Source: Chiloscyllium plagiosum (lineage: Eukaryota). From it: 46,807 nucleotides of DNA. The notes under the pieces are model-generated. The model was not told the DNA's origin. It did not search any database and saw only the letters and a program-made list of their open reading frames with translations. The position numbers and the translations under genes are program-made. The stretch is taken from NCBI RefSeq assembly GCF_004010195.1, contig NC_057719.1:57445861-57492667 (forward strand), in the 5' to 3' direction. Positions 24,661 to 36,768 of this stretch are shown one piece after another; within the stretch, counting starts at the first letter, position 1, and the number at the start of each line of letters is the position of its first letter.

Positions 24661-26111
24661 CCCAGGATTAGGGGACCAGCACAAAACAGTGACATCATAG
24701 CTACTAATTTGACTATCTAATACAGGCTACTTTCAGATTGAAGGTAAATAGGCAAAATATTTACAGGCTACAAACTAAAAGGCCAATACGATATTTTTTA
24801 TGAATCAAATTAAGAACTAAGAAATTAAAATCGAAATGCTTATCCAGACGATGTGTTATAACTGTGTGTCACTTCCAGCTATTGCAAACATAACATCTTA
24901 AAACAGCGTGACATAATCACTGACACTCTCTTGTAGAATAGAATATAGAATATCCTTTATTGTCACATGTACTCCAGTACAGAAGTACAAGAGTACAGTG
25001 AATGTTTTTGCAGGATCAGATAGCACTAAATAGAAGGAAACAGATTAGAGATGATAGGGGATACAGATGCCTTCATCTCCTGAGCTTCAAAAGGGGTTAT
25101 CCTTAGCATCTTGTGGCAGTTGTGACAGGTAAGATGATGGTAGATTCCTACTTTATGCTCTTTCTCAACTCTCAGCACACTTTCACCCTGCTACTTGCTG
25201 ACAGTGTAATCATGGATTTATTGCTTCACATTCTAGTCTGTTCACTCACATTAATCTTTTCCTTATGATTTCCTGCTTCCAGACACACAAGAACTGTTAC
25301 CCACCCAGCCTTAGAAGTCCAAGGAAGAGGGGGACAAGAAGTACCAACACTGATGAGCCTCTTTTCACAGCTCAAATGCTAGCATGCATCCTGGACATGT
25401 GAAGTCTCTGCACATAAGTGGCCTACAGCCAGACCTTTGGTAAGTGATAGTTAATATTCCTGTTAACTGGAAGATGAGGTTGCATAGGATTAAAATAGGA
25501 TGCATTGCACAGAAAAAGGCTATTTGACAAATTCTATACAAATGTTTATGCTCCATTAATGCAAGAGATAAAATTGAAGTATTTGCCACCACCTTTGACC
25601 ATAATTCTCAAGTAGATGGTCCATCTCAGTCTTTTCTGAAAGTTTCCAGCATTACAGGTGCCACTCTTCAGTCAACTGATTTTATGCAATATGTTATCAA
25701 GAAAGAAACAGCTGAAGGTTCCAAATGCAGCAAAGATTATTAACCTGACAATATCCCGGCAGTAGTACTGAAGACCTGTGATCCACAACCAGTTGTGATT
25801 CTAGCCAAGTTGTTCCAGTTCAGCTTTCTGACAAAGTGGAAAATTGCCTAGGTTTATCCAAAAAGCAAGGCAAAACAAATAAGACAAATTTCCACCCCAT
25901 CAGTTTTCTTTCAATCATCAGCAAAGTGGTAAAAGGTTTTGCCAACTGTGTTATCAAGTGTATATTACATAGCAATAACCTGCTCTCCAAAACTCAGTGT
26001 GTGTTCCACAAGGGCCACTTAGCTTCTGAACTCATTACAGCCTTAATCCAAACATGGCAAAAGGCTGAATTACAGAGATGAGGTGAGAGTGACTTCACAT
26101 GATGTCAGTTG

Positions 26112-26737
26112 ACATGTCATCTACTGCATCCATTGCACCTGATGTGGTCTCCCCTACTGGGGAGACAGGACGCCAACTTGCAGATCATTTCATCTCTGGG
26201 ACACCTGAACCAACCAACCCCACTGCCCTGTAGCTGAAAGCTTTAGTTCTCCCTCCCTCAAGGACATGCAGGGCGTCCTCCATCACCAAGCACTAACCAC
26301 CTGACACCTGAAGGAAGAACGCTCCATCTTCCCTCTTGGGACCTTCAAACCACATGGGATCAATGTTGATTTCACCAGTTTCCCCATTTCCCCTCCCCCC
26401 ACCTTATCCCAGTCCCAACCTCCCAACTCGGCACTGCCCTCTTGAATGGTCCTACCTGTCCATCTTCCTTCCCCCCATCTGTTCTACCCTCCTCTCCAAC
26501 CTATCACTTTCACCCCCACTTTCATCTACCTATCACATTCCCAGCTACCTTCCCTCCCACTCCATTCCCCTCCCATTTATCTCAGCCCCCTTGGCCCACA
26601 AGTCTCATTCCTGGTGAAGGGCCTATGCCTGAATCATTGACTCTCCTGCTCCTCGGATGCTGCCTGACCGGCTGTGCTTTTCCAGCACCACACTCTTCGA
26701 CTCTGATCTCCAGCATCTGAAGTCCTCACTTGCTCCT
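26112..26737 (+). mobile_element. PLE 3' fragment (GIY-YIG + tail, decayed hammerhead)
   Basis: HVIYCIHC..CGL motif; gaaggaagaacgc..gggaccttcaaaccacatgggatcaatg; ctggtgaagggcctatgcctgaat; standard tail. Confidence 0.85.
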
Positions 26738-26784
26738 AGAGCATTTCACTAAGTATGGTATCAAGATGCCCTCATAAAATTTAA

Positions 26785-27141
26785 TTTTCTTTTATTCACT
26801 CAAATGATGAGGGCATCACTGGCTAGGCCAACATTTATTGCTCATCCCTGAATGCCCAGTTAAAAATCAACCACATGGCTGTGGGTCTGGAGTCATATGT
26901 AGGCCAGATCCTAGGTAAGGATGACAGTTTTTTTCCCTAAAGGACACTAGTAAGCCAGATGAGATTTTTACTGGCAATCAAAAATGGAGTCATGGTCATC
27001 ATTAGACTCTTAATTCTAGATTTTTAATTAATTCAAATTGTACCATCTGCCATGGTAGGATTCAAACCTGGGTCCCCAGAACATTACATGGGTCACTGGA
27101 TTAATAGTCTAGTGATTAATACCACTAGGCCATCACCTCTC
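26785..27141 (-). mobile_element. SINE of the same family as 23654-23995
   Basis: Reverse complement of the 23654-23995 copy over its whole length. Confidence 0.78.
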
Positions 27142-28286
27142 CAATAACAATTGATGGGCATCAGATGGAAAACTCTCACTATTTGAATCATATCTTGTAC
27201 AAAGAAATATAGTTCTGGTTGTTGAAGGACAGTCAGCTCAATTCTATGAAAAGGATGCAAGGTAGTATCCTAAACTGCTTCATCAACGACCGTCCTTCTA
27301 TCTCTAGGTTAGAAATGGGGATGTTGATGATGACTGCACAATGATCAACATCATTTTCAACACCTCAGATACTGAAGTAATGTCTGAGTGTAACAGAACA
27401 ACATTCAAGCTTGGACCGTTAAATGATAAATAACATTTGCACAATAGGAATGCGAGCAAACTCTTTCGATGAGATCATTTAACCATTTCCACTTTACAGT
27501 CAATGGCATTACCATTATTTGAATGCTCCACAATCAACACTCTAAAAGGATAGCATTGACTAGAAGTCTAATTAGTACAGCCACTCTACATGTTATTCAG
27601 CATATCCTTTCTGATTATGTCATAACTGACTATATTTATCTACCAGTCCTGTTATTCAAATAACCAGTTTGAGTTTGGATGCTGTTTGCAAATCTGTTCA
27701 AACAATTTAACTTACCAGTAACAGTTGTTCCTTTAATTTTATTTTCTGAAGTCATCTTGTATCTGTTTTATAAACATATTATTCCCTGATTATTTATGTT
27801 GCTCTTGTTTCTTACCTTTGTATAACCTTTTATCCTCTGGTCATTTTTTGCCTACAGACTTACAATATTTTCCTCAGATCGCTTTGACCACCTTATTATG
27901 CCAGTTCCAATGGCACAATTCCAGTAATGTGTGTCATGAAATAGGAAACCCTCTTCCCACATCGATCTTTCAGCCACACATGCTCCTCCCTGATCAACAT
28001 ATCCCTATTCCAATTGGTATACAACTGTGGTAACAGTCACAAGATTAACTCTCAGGAGATCCTGTTTTTAAAACTTATTTCATACCTACTGATGTTCTCT
28101 CAGCATATCCTGCCATTTCTTTCTGATATTATTCATCTGAACATTAACCTGGACAACTAGTTATTCATCTTCCTTTTCAAGTACTTCCCTAGTTGGCACG
28201 AAATAATTCTTCAGTTTTTCACCAAATATGCTATACAATGTTCTGCATTTCTTTTGCACTGGTCTGTGGGGAATTCCTTCCTTCTT

Positions 28287-28306
28287 TCCATCCATCCATC
28301 CATCCA
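28287..28306. repeat. (TCCA)5 microsatellite
   Basis: tccatccatccatccatcca. Confidence 0.8.
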
Positions 28307-28406
28307 AATTAATTATTGGCTAAGAATGTTCTATTCTGTCCTTTCCCTTTTGACCAGCATCTTGATGCATGGTTAGCAAACTGGGTGTCAGCAATATCAT
28401 CTTCAC

Positions 28407-28656
28407 GGGTAGCACAGTGGCTCAGTGGTTAGCACTGCTTGCCTCACAGCACCAGGGACCTGGGTTCAATTCCAGCCTCAGGCGACTGTGTGTGGAATTT
28501 GCACATTCTCCCTGTGTCTGTGTGGGTTTCCTCCTCCAGTCCAAAAATGTTCAGGCCAGGTGAATTTGCCATGCTAAATCCTAATTGCCCTTCAGAAGGT
28601 TGGTGTGGACTTGTTGGGCTGAAGGGCCTGTTTCCACACTGTAGGGAATTTAATCT
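28407..28656 (+). mobile_element. HE1-like V-SINE (internal deletions)
   Basis: gggtagcacagtggctcagtggttagcactg head, gggttcaattcc B-box, V-domain, gggcctgtttccacactgtaggga tail. Confidence 0.88.
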
Positions 28657-29137
28657 TAGAAGCACATTGTAGCTGTTGGACAGGACTAGTGCCTGTGGGA
28701 TCCTCTGTTGCTCCTTGGTTTCCCTCACCTAGCTGACTAAGAGTCACAATTTGTCCTTTTTGTAGCTTTCCTTGCATTTGGGTTTTCAGTACTTCTTGTA
28801 TTCTTCTCTAATGTTTCTTTTTTGCCTTTAATTATTCATTTACTACAGTAACTAGCTGGTCTGTTTATGGTCTCTTAGTAAAATATATTTATCTTGAAAT
28901 CTCTTAATAACCTTTTCAAAAGTTTCCCATTGATTTTTTTTCTTTCATTCTTGATAGGTTTTCCATTTACATCATCTTTATTTCTTCAAAATCTAAACTT
29001 TGCCAATCTCTGATCTTGGTTTTACTCATTGACAATCCTAATCATCTCCTTTACCAAAGTAATAAGAAAGATTTCATATCCATCCGAACAGCCAACAACG
29101 GCTCAATGAAGCACTTTGTAAGAAACATGACATCTTC

Positions 29138-29237
29138 ATTTTCCTGCTCTTCGGATGTTGCCTGCCCTGCTGTGCTTTTCCAGCACCACTCTGATCTAAA
29201 CTCTGGTTTCCAGCATCTGCAGTCCTCACTTTTGCCT
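29138..29237 (+). mobile_element. 100-bp PLE tail fragment
   Basis: attttcctgctcttcggatgttgcctgccctgctgtgcttttccagcaccac..gcagtcctcacttttgcct. Confidence 0.85.
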
Positions 29238-30553
29238 ATCTACTGTAAAGGAGCAATTCATTCAAACTATAGGGAACTGTTGAAGAGACTGGAGTTTCAT
29301 GAGGTGGAGGGAAAAAATAAATCTGACAGTGAATCACCCATGCATGTCCTAATCAGCAGCTCCAGAACAGTATTAGTAGAAACAGTAAAACATGTCACTA
29401 TCCAAACTCTAGTGATGTATGGTATAAAGATTTAAGATCACAGGGATTACATGTTGTACAGAAACCACAATATTTTCCAGCCATTAGTCTTGACAGGAAG
29501 AAGCTGATGGACCACATATCTGTGACTGCCCATTGGTTATTCCTTCTGAGCTACATTTCCCACTGGGATGATAGGAGTATGGATTTAGCTTTATAAAAAG
29601 AAGAAAAAAGTTAAATAATGAAATCAACAAAAAGTTCCTGTATAAAGCTGATTCCATTTTGATTGTATTCAATGAAAAGTTACATTGAATGTGGCCTTTT
29701 GTCATTTTAAGTGTGACTTTCATTGCACCTTTGCTTGATCAATCTAAAACTGGGGGAAATTGATTTTCTCAGTTGAAATGAAGATCATCTGCTGCTATGA
29801 GGATCTGCTAACAGAACATGCCGTGCACAGCAGGAAATCTTTGAAGGGCAGAAAAAGAATGTTTGCTCCACTACGTTAGCAGATTTAAGATCCAATTAGA
29901 GAGTCTATTGTGAATCCAAATGCTATTTTCATGCAATTATGTGATCAGAGAAGCATTAATTACTTTGGTAGGAAGGGTATATTGTGCCTTTGTTATATGG
30001 CCTTTACAAACATATATTGATATAATTAAGAGTTCCCTTTGAAAACAAACATGTTAGAATAATAATTAATGAATGAATGTAAAGATTTTGTGATTTAAAT
30101 TAGATGTTGCTTCGGAGTGAAAAAGAATTTGTTTAAAAATGGTTGGAAATAAATGTATCAGTCATCTTAAGTGGGATTATATTTAGATCTTTTACACAGT
30201 TTCATAGAAATAAAATGTATTTTTGTGCAGTCAATATTAAAAAAATTATTAAATGCTAATATGGTTAGTTTACATGTAAAAGGTAATTGATTCTTACACA
30301 AAATTTAAAAATAATTTTGAGAGCTTGTGGGTGGTACAAAAATAATTACAGAATTCTTCTTTATGTTAGGTACACATATCTATGAAAACATTATGAAGAT
30401 AATTGTGTACTAAAATATTACTGCAACTAAGCTCTATAGAGACAATAGTAAATTTTATTGAAAAGAGCAACTGCAGAATTATAAGAACTTTATTTAACAT
30501 TTAGGAGTGAAATCAGACTTGGGCAATAATGGATCAGCTCACTGATTTTCTTC

Positions 30554-30705
30554 AGTCAAGATTAGAGTGGTGCTGGAAAAGCACAGCAGGTCAGGCAGCA
30601 TCCAAGGAGCAGGAATGTTGGTCAGATGCTGCCTGACCTGCTGTGCTTTTCCAGCACCATTCTAATCTTGACCCTAATCTTCAACATTGCAGTCCTCACT
30701 TTCGC
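30554..30705. mobile_element. Fold-back PLE-tail doublet with 16-bp TSD
   Basis: Minus arm 30554-30614, plus arm 30625-30705; TSD ctcac(t/c)gattttcttc at 30538-30553 and 30706-30721. Confidence 0.9.
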
Positions 30706-31949
30706 CTCACCGATTTTCTTCTCCACTGACTTCTTCACTAAGACAGAAGTAAGATGAAAACTCAAGCGTAAAAGTTACCATCATGCTCTCACCATTGTTC
30801 CAGTTCGATTGAAATGTTCAGATAGGCATCAAAGGTGCATGCATCTTTATGTGTATATATACAAATATGTGTGGAGTGCATGCTGTGTATGGCCTGCCCT
30901 CAAATACTAAAAGTACAATGATTGAAACAGTGACTCTTAAAGGGGGCTTCTGGAATTGACTCCTAAACAGCTCAGGTTTTTCTGTTGGCTTTTGTGGAAC
31001 CAGAAAAGGTTTCAATACAAAGAATGATTCACCCAATGTCCAATTCTCCATGACCCATCCCCTAGTTTGTCGCTCTCTCTTAGCTGGATCAACCTAGCTT
31101 TGCAAAGCAGTCTGTAGATTTCCCCCTCAACAACCTGCCAGCCAGTGACTTAAATGCACATTAGAATGATGGACAAACTTAAAAATGGTTCAAACTTCCA
31201 ACTTGTTAGAAAGGTGTTCAAAGTACACCCATCTCCCTCCAGCATGTGCATCTTCAATAATTTACTCCATTGTTAATTAAACAAAGGACAAAATTATTCT
31301 GGTAGTTCACTGTAGGCAATGGATGGAATCTCACTAAATTATTTCTACAAATGATGGAACTGGATGACTGCCTGTAAAGCTGTGTTTCATGGAGCCTAAT
31401 TGCTTTCAGCACCTAATTTGTGTTTGTATTATGTGGACTTCAGGATTGGTTAAGTGTGCCTTGTCTGTTCATGCCCAGTATAACAGGCAGACCTTCGTAG
31501 CCTGAGTGCACATTTTGCCTATATTTTCGGCCTGTCCAATGTTGGAAAAGTAGCTTCTGTGCAATGTAATTTCTAAACAGTTAACATAGACCTGCTACAG
31601 AAGTGGCTTTATTGGGATTCAAACTTTGCAAGACATGGTGCTCTGTGGCTCATAATGTGTCAATTCCTTTTGCACTATTGGTGGTATCTTCCTGTTTTTC
31701 AGAAAAGTCTGAAAATAAGAAAGATTGCAGTAGAAAACCTACAGTCTGTCAGGTCTAGCCTGTTACCAACTACACACACATTACTTTGTGAATGTTGAAT
31801 GTCAGTTCTGAGATGTACCACTTCTTCAAGATCCAGATGGTGTATAACTATACACAGTGTATTGTGAAGGCCAATACTTGTTACTCTGGTGCAGTGCCTT
31901 CTGTGTACATATGTCGGCTGTACTATTTGGAATTGCACCAGCTAAATAA

Positions 31950-32345
31950 TCCAATTAAATATTGAGAACACTGAAATCATTGTCTTTGGTCCCCATTCCA
32001 AATTTTGTTTTCTGACTCCCAACTCCATCCTTTTCCCTGGCAATAGGCAGAATTAACCACTCACTTGCAACATTTTATTCCCAGGGAGCTTCCATTGTCA
32101 TATTGTGTCAGCATTAAAATTGTTTAGTCCCACATTACTTTATCCCTGTTTCGGCTCTGTTGATGCTAGAGACATCATTAATTCTTTAGTTATTTTGAGA
32201 TCTGACTCTTCCAATGTCTTCCTCTCTGGTTTTCCGTATTCTACCCTCTGCAAAACTCACTGATTCTTGGTGAGCAGCATTTTGATTTTAAAATTTTCAT
32301 CCTTAGTTTGAAATACCTCCATGGTCACACTCCTCCCTATCTCCA
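31950..32345 (+). mobile_element. Decayed L2-type LINE fragment (RT C-terminal region)
   Basis: QLNIENTEIIVFGP (LQLN..KTE.IVFG-type) and downstream L2-like segments. Confidence 0.6.
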
Positions 32346-33360
32346 TATGGAAGAATATTGCCAATTCAATGGCAAGTGGAATCTGATTGATAGGTGCCTT
32401 GCCGTGGAGAATGTACCCATTAATGATGATTGACAGTTAACTACCAGACTTTGTTTACATTTTAAACCAGGCAAGTTGGCCTAACTATCAGCTAACAGCC
32501 AAGTATTCTAGACACTTAGTCCATTTATAATGAATCATGGCAAAATCACTGGAAAGTGAAGGGTCAGTGTCCAATTTAGCACATTCTGATTTTAACTTTA
32601 TAAAAGACAGTGACTTTTAAATTTGGTTCCTGAGAGAGAAAGTGATCATTGAAACTTACAACCAACACCGCCCTGACTAGTGATGGGTAAGCTTCACATG
32701 CCTGTGTGTTTTGATTTACATCTCTTTGTCCTTTGTTTCTTCATTTGCATGGATATGAGTAGTAAAGACTTCATGAGGGTCAACTGAAGCATTTGAGTGT
32801 GGTGTCGTTTTTATAACTCTCTGACCTGTTAGGAGCAGAAAATGAATATTTATACCCAATATAAAGGAGCCTGAGTCAAAATAATAAAACACTCGATTCT
32901 TAAGGAAAAGACTATGGATGGGTTTATCACAATGTTAGGATGTTAAAAAGATTGTTAAAAAAGAAAATTGAGGACATGAAGTGTGAAGCAAGTGATTGAG
33001 AAGCAGTTGTTAACAAGTTATAAAATAATATGAAAAGGAAAGAGAGTGAAGGTGAACAAAGTCTAGAGAGGGAGTTGGGTGAAATGCAAGTGGTGTAACC
33101 AATCTCAGCACTAGAAAGACTGTGTGCAGGTAAGTGTCAGGAAAGTGAAGCATGACAAGATGAAGTGTATGTACATATGGAAATTAAGGGAAGAATGAAA
33201 TCTTGAAGCCAGGACCTGAGGCAGAATTTAAAATAACCATTAAAACAGCCATGGATCAGTTCTGTCACAGGGACCATGCTGAATGCCATTGGAAAATTTA
33301 GGAATAAAAATATAAATTCCCCAAATGCAGGGTGATAACAGCAGCCTAAATTAAAATTAG

Positions 33361-34138
33361 AGGTAAAAACAATGACTGCAGATGCTGGAAACCAGATTCT
33401 GGATTAGTGGTGCTGGAAGAGCACAGCAGTTCAGGCAGCATCCAAGGAGCTTCGAAATCAACGTTTTGGGCAAAAACCCTTCATCAGGAATAAAGGCAGT
33501 GAGGCTGAAGCATGGAGAGATAAGCTAGAGGAGGGTGGGGGTGGGGNNNNNNNNNNNNNNNNNNNNNNNNNNNNNNNNNNNNNNNNNNNNNNNNNNNNNN
33601 NNNNNNNNNNNNNNNNNNNNNNNNNNNNNNNNNNNNNNNNNNNNNNNNNNNNNNNNNNNNNNNNNNNNNNNNNNNNNNNNNNNNNNNNNNNNNNNNNNNN
33701 NNNNNNNNNNNNNNNNNNNNNNNNNNNNNNNNNNNNNNNNNNNNNNNNNNNNNNNNNNNNNNNNNNNNNNNNNNNNNNNNNNNNNNNNNNNNNNNNNNNN
33801 NNNNNNNNNNNNNNNNNNNNNNNNNNNNNNNNNNNNNNNNNNNNNNNNNNNNNNNNNNNNNNNNNNNNNNNNNNNNNNNNNNNNNNNNNNNNNNNNNNNN
33901 NNNNNNNNNNNNNNNNNNNNNNNNNNNNNNNNNNNNNNGGAAGGTGCCAGGATGGGAGGGTGGGTTGTAGGGGGGTGTGGACCTGACCAGGTAGTCATGG
34001 AAGGAACAGTCTTTGCGGAAGATGGAAAGGGGTGGGGAGGGAAATATATCCCTGGTGGTGGGGTCTGTTTGGAGGTGGCGGAAATGTCGGCAGATGATTT
34101 GGTTTATGCGAAGGTTGGTAGGGTGGAAGGTGAGCACC
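33361..34138 (-). mobile_element. Young 5'-truncated PLE with 13-14 bp TSD (contains N-gap)
   Basis: LVLTFHPTNLRINQII..LQTDPTTRDIFPSPPLS..PGTF; tail ends ..ttttacct; TSD aaattaaaattag(a) at 33348-33361 and 34139-34152. Confidence 0.92.
33547..33938. other. Assembly gap (N run)
   Basis: Run of N. Confidence 1.
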
Positions 34139-34640
34139 AAATTAAAATTAGATCCATTGGAGAATGAATTGTGATCTCTACCAATTGCTCTGTTACCACC
34201 AAGTCCCATTCTGGTAACTAAAGCCAGCTAATGTTAAAAGCAAGAGATAGGAAATGAACCACATAGGTATTTTCAGGCAAATGCTAATTGTATTCAGTGA
34301 ATGAAATGAGAAAAAGAACAAGCTTTTGTTGTATATCTTATGTTCCAAGATCTTTGCTTGTCTTCCTTCTGTGAGCAGCAAGCGTAAAATGATTTATTAG
34401 GAATTAAAACAATAAGTTGGTCAAGTATTCAAACCGACAAAAGGGAGTCCATAATACCAGCAAGTGTTGTACAAAGGGTTAATGCAGAAGTTGCAATCAT
34501 GGGTCATGACACCCAGTGCGATCATAGGATAAGAAATTGGAGTTGTGACCTCACCTGTGCTGAAGCAGCAATGATCACCACCAAGACTAATTTAGGCTTT
34601 AATGGAACAGATTTTGCAATAGGCCACTTTGAGAAAGCTA

Positions 34641-34851
34641 GGCAGAGGTGGGTACTGCAGACGCTGGAGATCAGAGTCAAGATTAGAGTGGTGCAGGAAA
34701 AGCACAGCTGGTCAGGCAGCATCCAAGGAGCACGAAAATCGATGTTTCGGGCAAAAGATTTTCATCAGGGATTCCTGATGAAGGACTTTTGCCCAAAACA
34801 TCGATTTTCCTGTTCCTTGGATGCTGCCTGATCTGCAGTGCTTTTCCAGCA
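34641..34851. mobile_element. Fold-back PLE-tail doublet with two decayed hammerhead motifs and 17-bp TSD
   Basis: Arms meet at ttcatcagggattcctgatgaa (about 34771); TSD ccactttgagaaagcta 34624-34640 vs ccactttgagagagtta 34852-34868. Confidence 0.9.
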
Positions 34852-36662
34852 CCACTTTGAGAGAGTTACAGCTCCCAGTGTATGCTCTGTGGCTGATTAT
34901 CAAGTCATCTGCTAGACCTGGTCTCTATTTTGCTGCCTTAAAATTTGAAGCAGTGGTATTCACTAGACAAACACTGGGCTGCTTGTTCTTCTAATGGCCT
35001 GCTTGTTGCCTCCCTCCCTCTCACTGTTTCCACTCTAAATCTTCTGCTTGACTACTCCCCAGTCAGCCTTGCTACTCACCAATTCCCTTTGCCCACCCTC
35101 CTGGTGGTCACCTTCCACCCACACAGCATTTCTTGACTGTCAAGGTGATCATCTCTCCACTACCTTTCACACTCTACGAGGGCTCAAAATACATGGGGAC
35201 AGCAGCGACATTCGCTGCCTCATTCCTTGAAACACCTGGTACAAATCAATTAGCAGGCAAACGTTCAGAGAGAAATCATCTGTAAGCAGAGTGGACTGAG
35301 TTTCTGAATAGCTGCTCCTTCAAACATTGATTCTCTTTTGCATTTGCTGCTGATTAAACCTATCAGTAGTAAAACAGGGAGACAACCAGCTACTGTTGGA
35401 AGAAGCAATGAGCAGTTAGGAAAGTAAGTAGTGCAAGTTAGGGAGTAGCCGGGAAACCAGAGCCTTGTTCTGTGGAGACTGACAATGGGATGGGCAGTTT
35501 CTGAGGCTGTATCGGGAGGCTGGGGACTGGGGGTTGAGGCCAGAAGTTATGCCATATCCTAGGAGTCAGGGGTCACGTGTTTTACTGGGCTCATGCCTTA
35601 GACCTGGGACCTTATGCCTGTGGGAAGTCATATGTCAACTGTCTGGGGTTTGAGGGGATGGAGCAGTGAGGCTGTGGGGTACCTTCCAGTTTAGAAGAGG
35701 TGGATACGAGAGGGGTTGGGTTGGAGTAAGCTGTTACAGAAGTGATGGAGAGAGGAGGTGGCTCCAAGAGGGAGGGGGGAAAAAGTTGGGTCCAAGTGTA
35801 CTGGGGTAAAAAGGAGGCTGCAAAAAAGAAATGGTGGGTGAGGAGGCTGCTGAAGAGTTAGGGGGAGGAGCAGCCTGCTCGAAGGTGCCATCGTGCATTT
35901 CTTCACAGAGGCAGCCACAGGAAGGGTGCCAGGATCAATGTGCCTCCAAGGCAGGTGGAAGAAGGAGAGTGGATGAAGAAAGGCAGGAGGAGGTAATTAC
36001 ATGATGGGTTTGGAGGGAGGAAGAGACTGTAGGCAGATGGGCCAGGTGGAAAATCCAATAGAGTAAAGAGGAGCAGGAGCCTTTGAAAGGACTGGATGGA
36101 AAAAGAAGCTGCAGAAGAGGGGGGCAGAGGGTGAGGGAGGCTGCAAGGGGAGGATGTAAAGGAGAGAGCCATTTCAAAACTGTCAACAAAGAAATACTCA
36201 GCTAACTGCAAGATGGCAAAAATTTAAGTCATTGAGGTCGTGCATTCCTTGCAAATGAATAAATTTAAGGCAACAAAAATTTAGGAACAACTACATTTTG
36301 AACAATATAGTGAATGCTACTATAATGAACACAATTTTTGTCAATTGGTAAATTTAAATCTAAGATTGAGATCTGAGATGCAGTAAAAAGAGCAGCAACA
36401 GTCTATTTAAAACAGTTTTGTGTATATGTGATGGTAATGCATTTGCTGTGACCTCATCAGTCTGTGGAAGGTGTGCATAGGATAATGGTTTTTTGTGTGT
36501 AGAGATGTGTGTTGGTTAGTTTGAAGAAAACTTCTATTAACTCAAGACTGTACACTTCTTGTCAATTTAACTACTGTGATATCTCGAAAATTAATGCTTT
36601 CTTTGCATGTTATGGCTTTCAATTTAATTAATGAGGCTACTGAGGAATTCTCCTCATTGTGA

Positions 36663-36768
36663 GGAGACGGGATCTGAGGAAGGGTCACTGACCCAAAATA
36701 TTAACTCTGATTTCGCTTCATAGATGCTGCCAGACCTGCTGAGCTCTTCCGGCAACTTCTATTTTCGT
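36663..36768 (+). mobile_element. 106-bp PLE-tail insertion of a second lineage with 15-bp TSD
   Basis: ctgaggaagggtcactgacccaaaa..gatgctgccagacctgctgag; TSD ttctcctcattgtga at 36648-36662 and 36769-36783. Confidence 0.85.

Larger units (their letters stand above)
25610..27570 (+). mobile_element. Decayed CR1/L2-group LINE RT region, interrupted by a PLE and a SINE
   Basis: PDNIPAVVLKTC..LAKLFQ; NFHPISFLSIISKV; gatgatgactgcaca (ADDCT-like) at about 27330. Confidence 0.7.

Noticed and set aside
33484..34209. Long ORFs of 157-247 aa here and at 41755-42694
   Set aside because: Length comes from N runs translated as X; the real parts are PLE fragments.
217..34860. Recurrent gatgctgcctgacctgctgtgcttttccagca repeat as a CRISPR-like array or DNA-transposon TIR
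   Set aside because: Dispersed on both strands without regular spacers and attached to PLE 3' ends; long TSDs and unequal arms fit retrotransposition, not a cut-and-paste MITE.
35450..36200. G/A-rich tract (also 37020-37440) with low-complexity Pro/Leu/Ser ORFs
   Set aside because: Compositional bias explains the ORFs; probably decayed transposon-internal sequence, and family not assignable.
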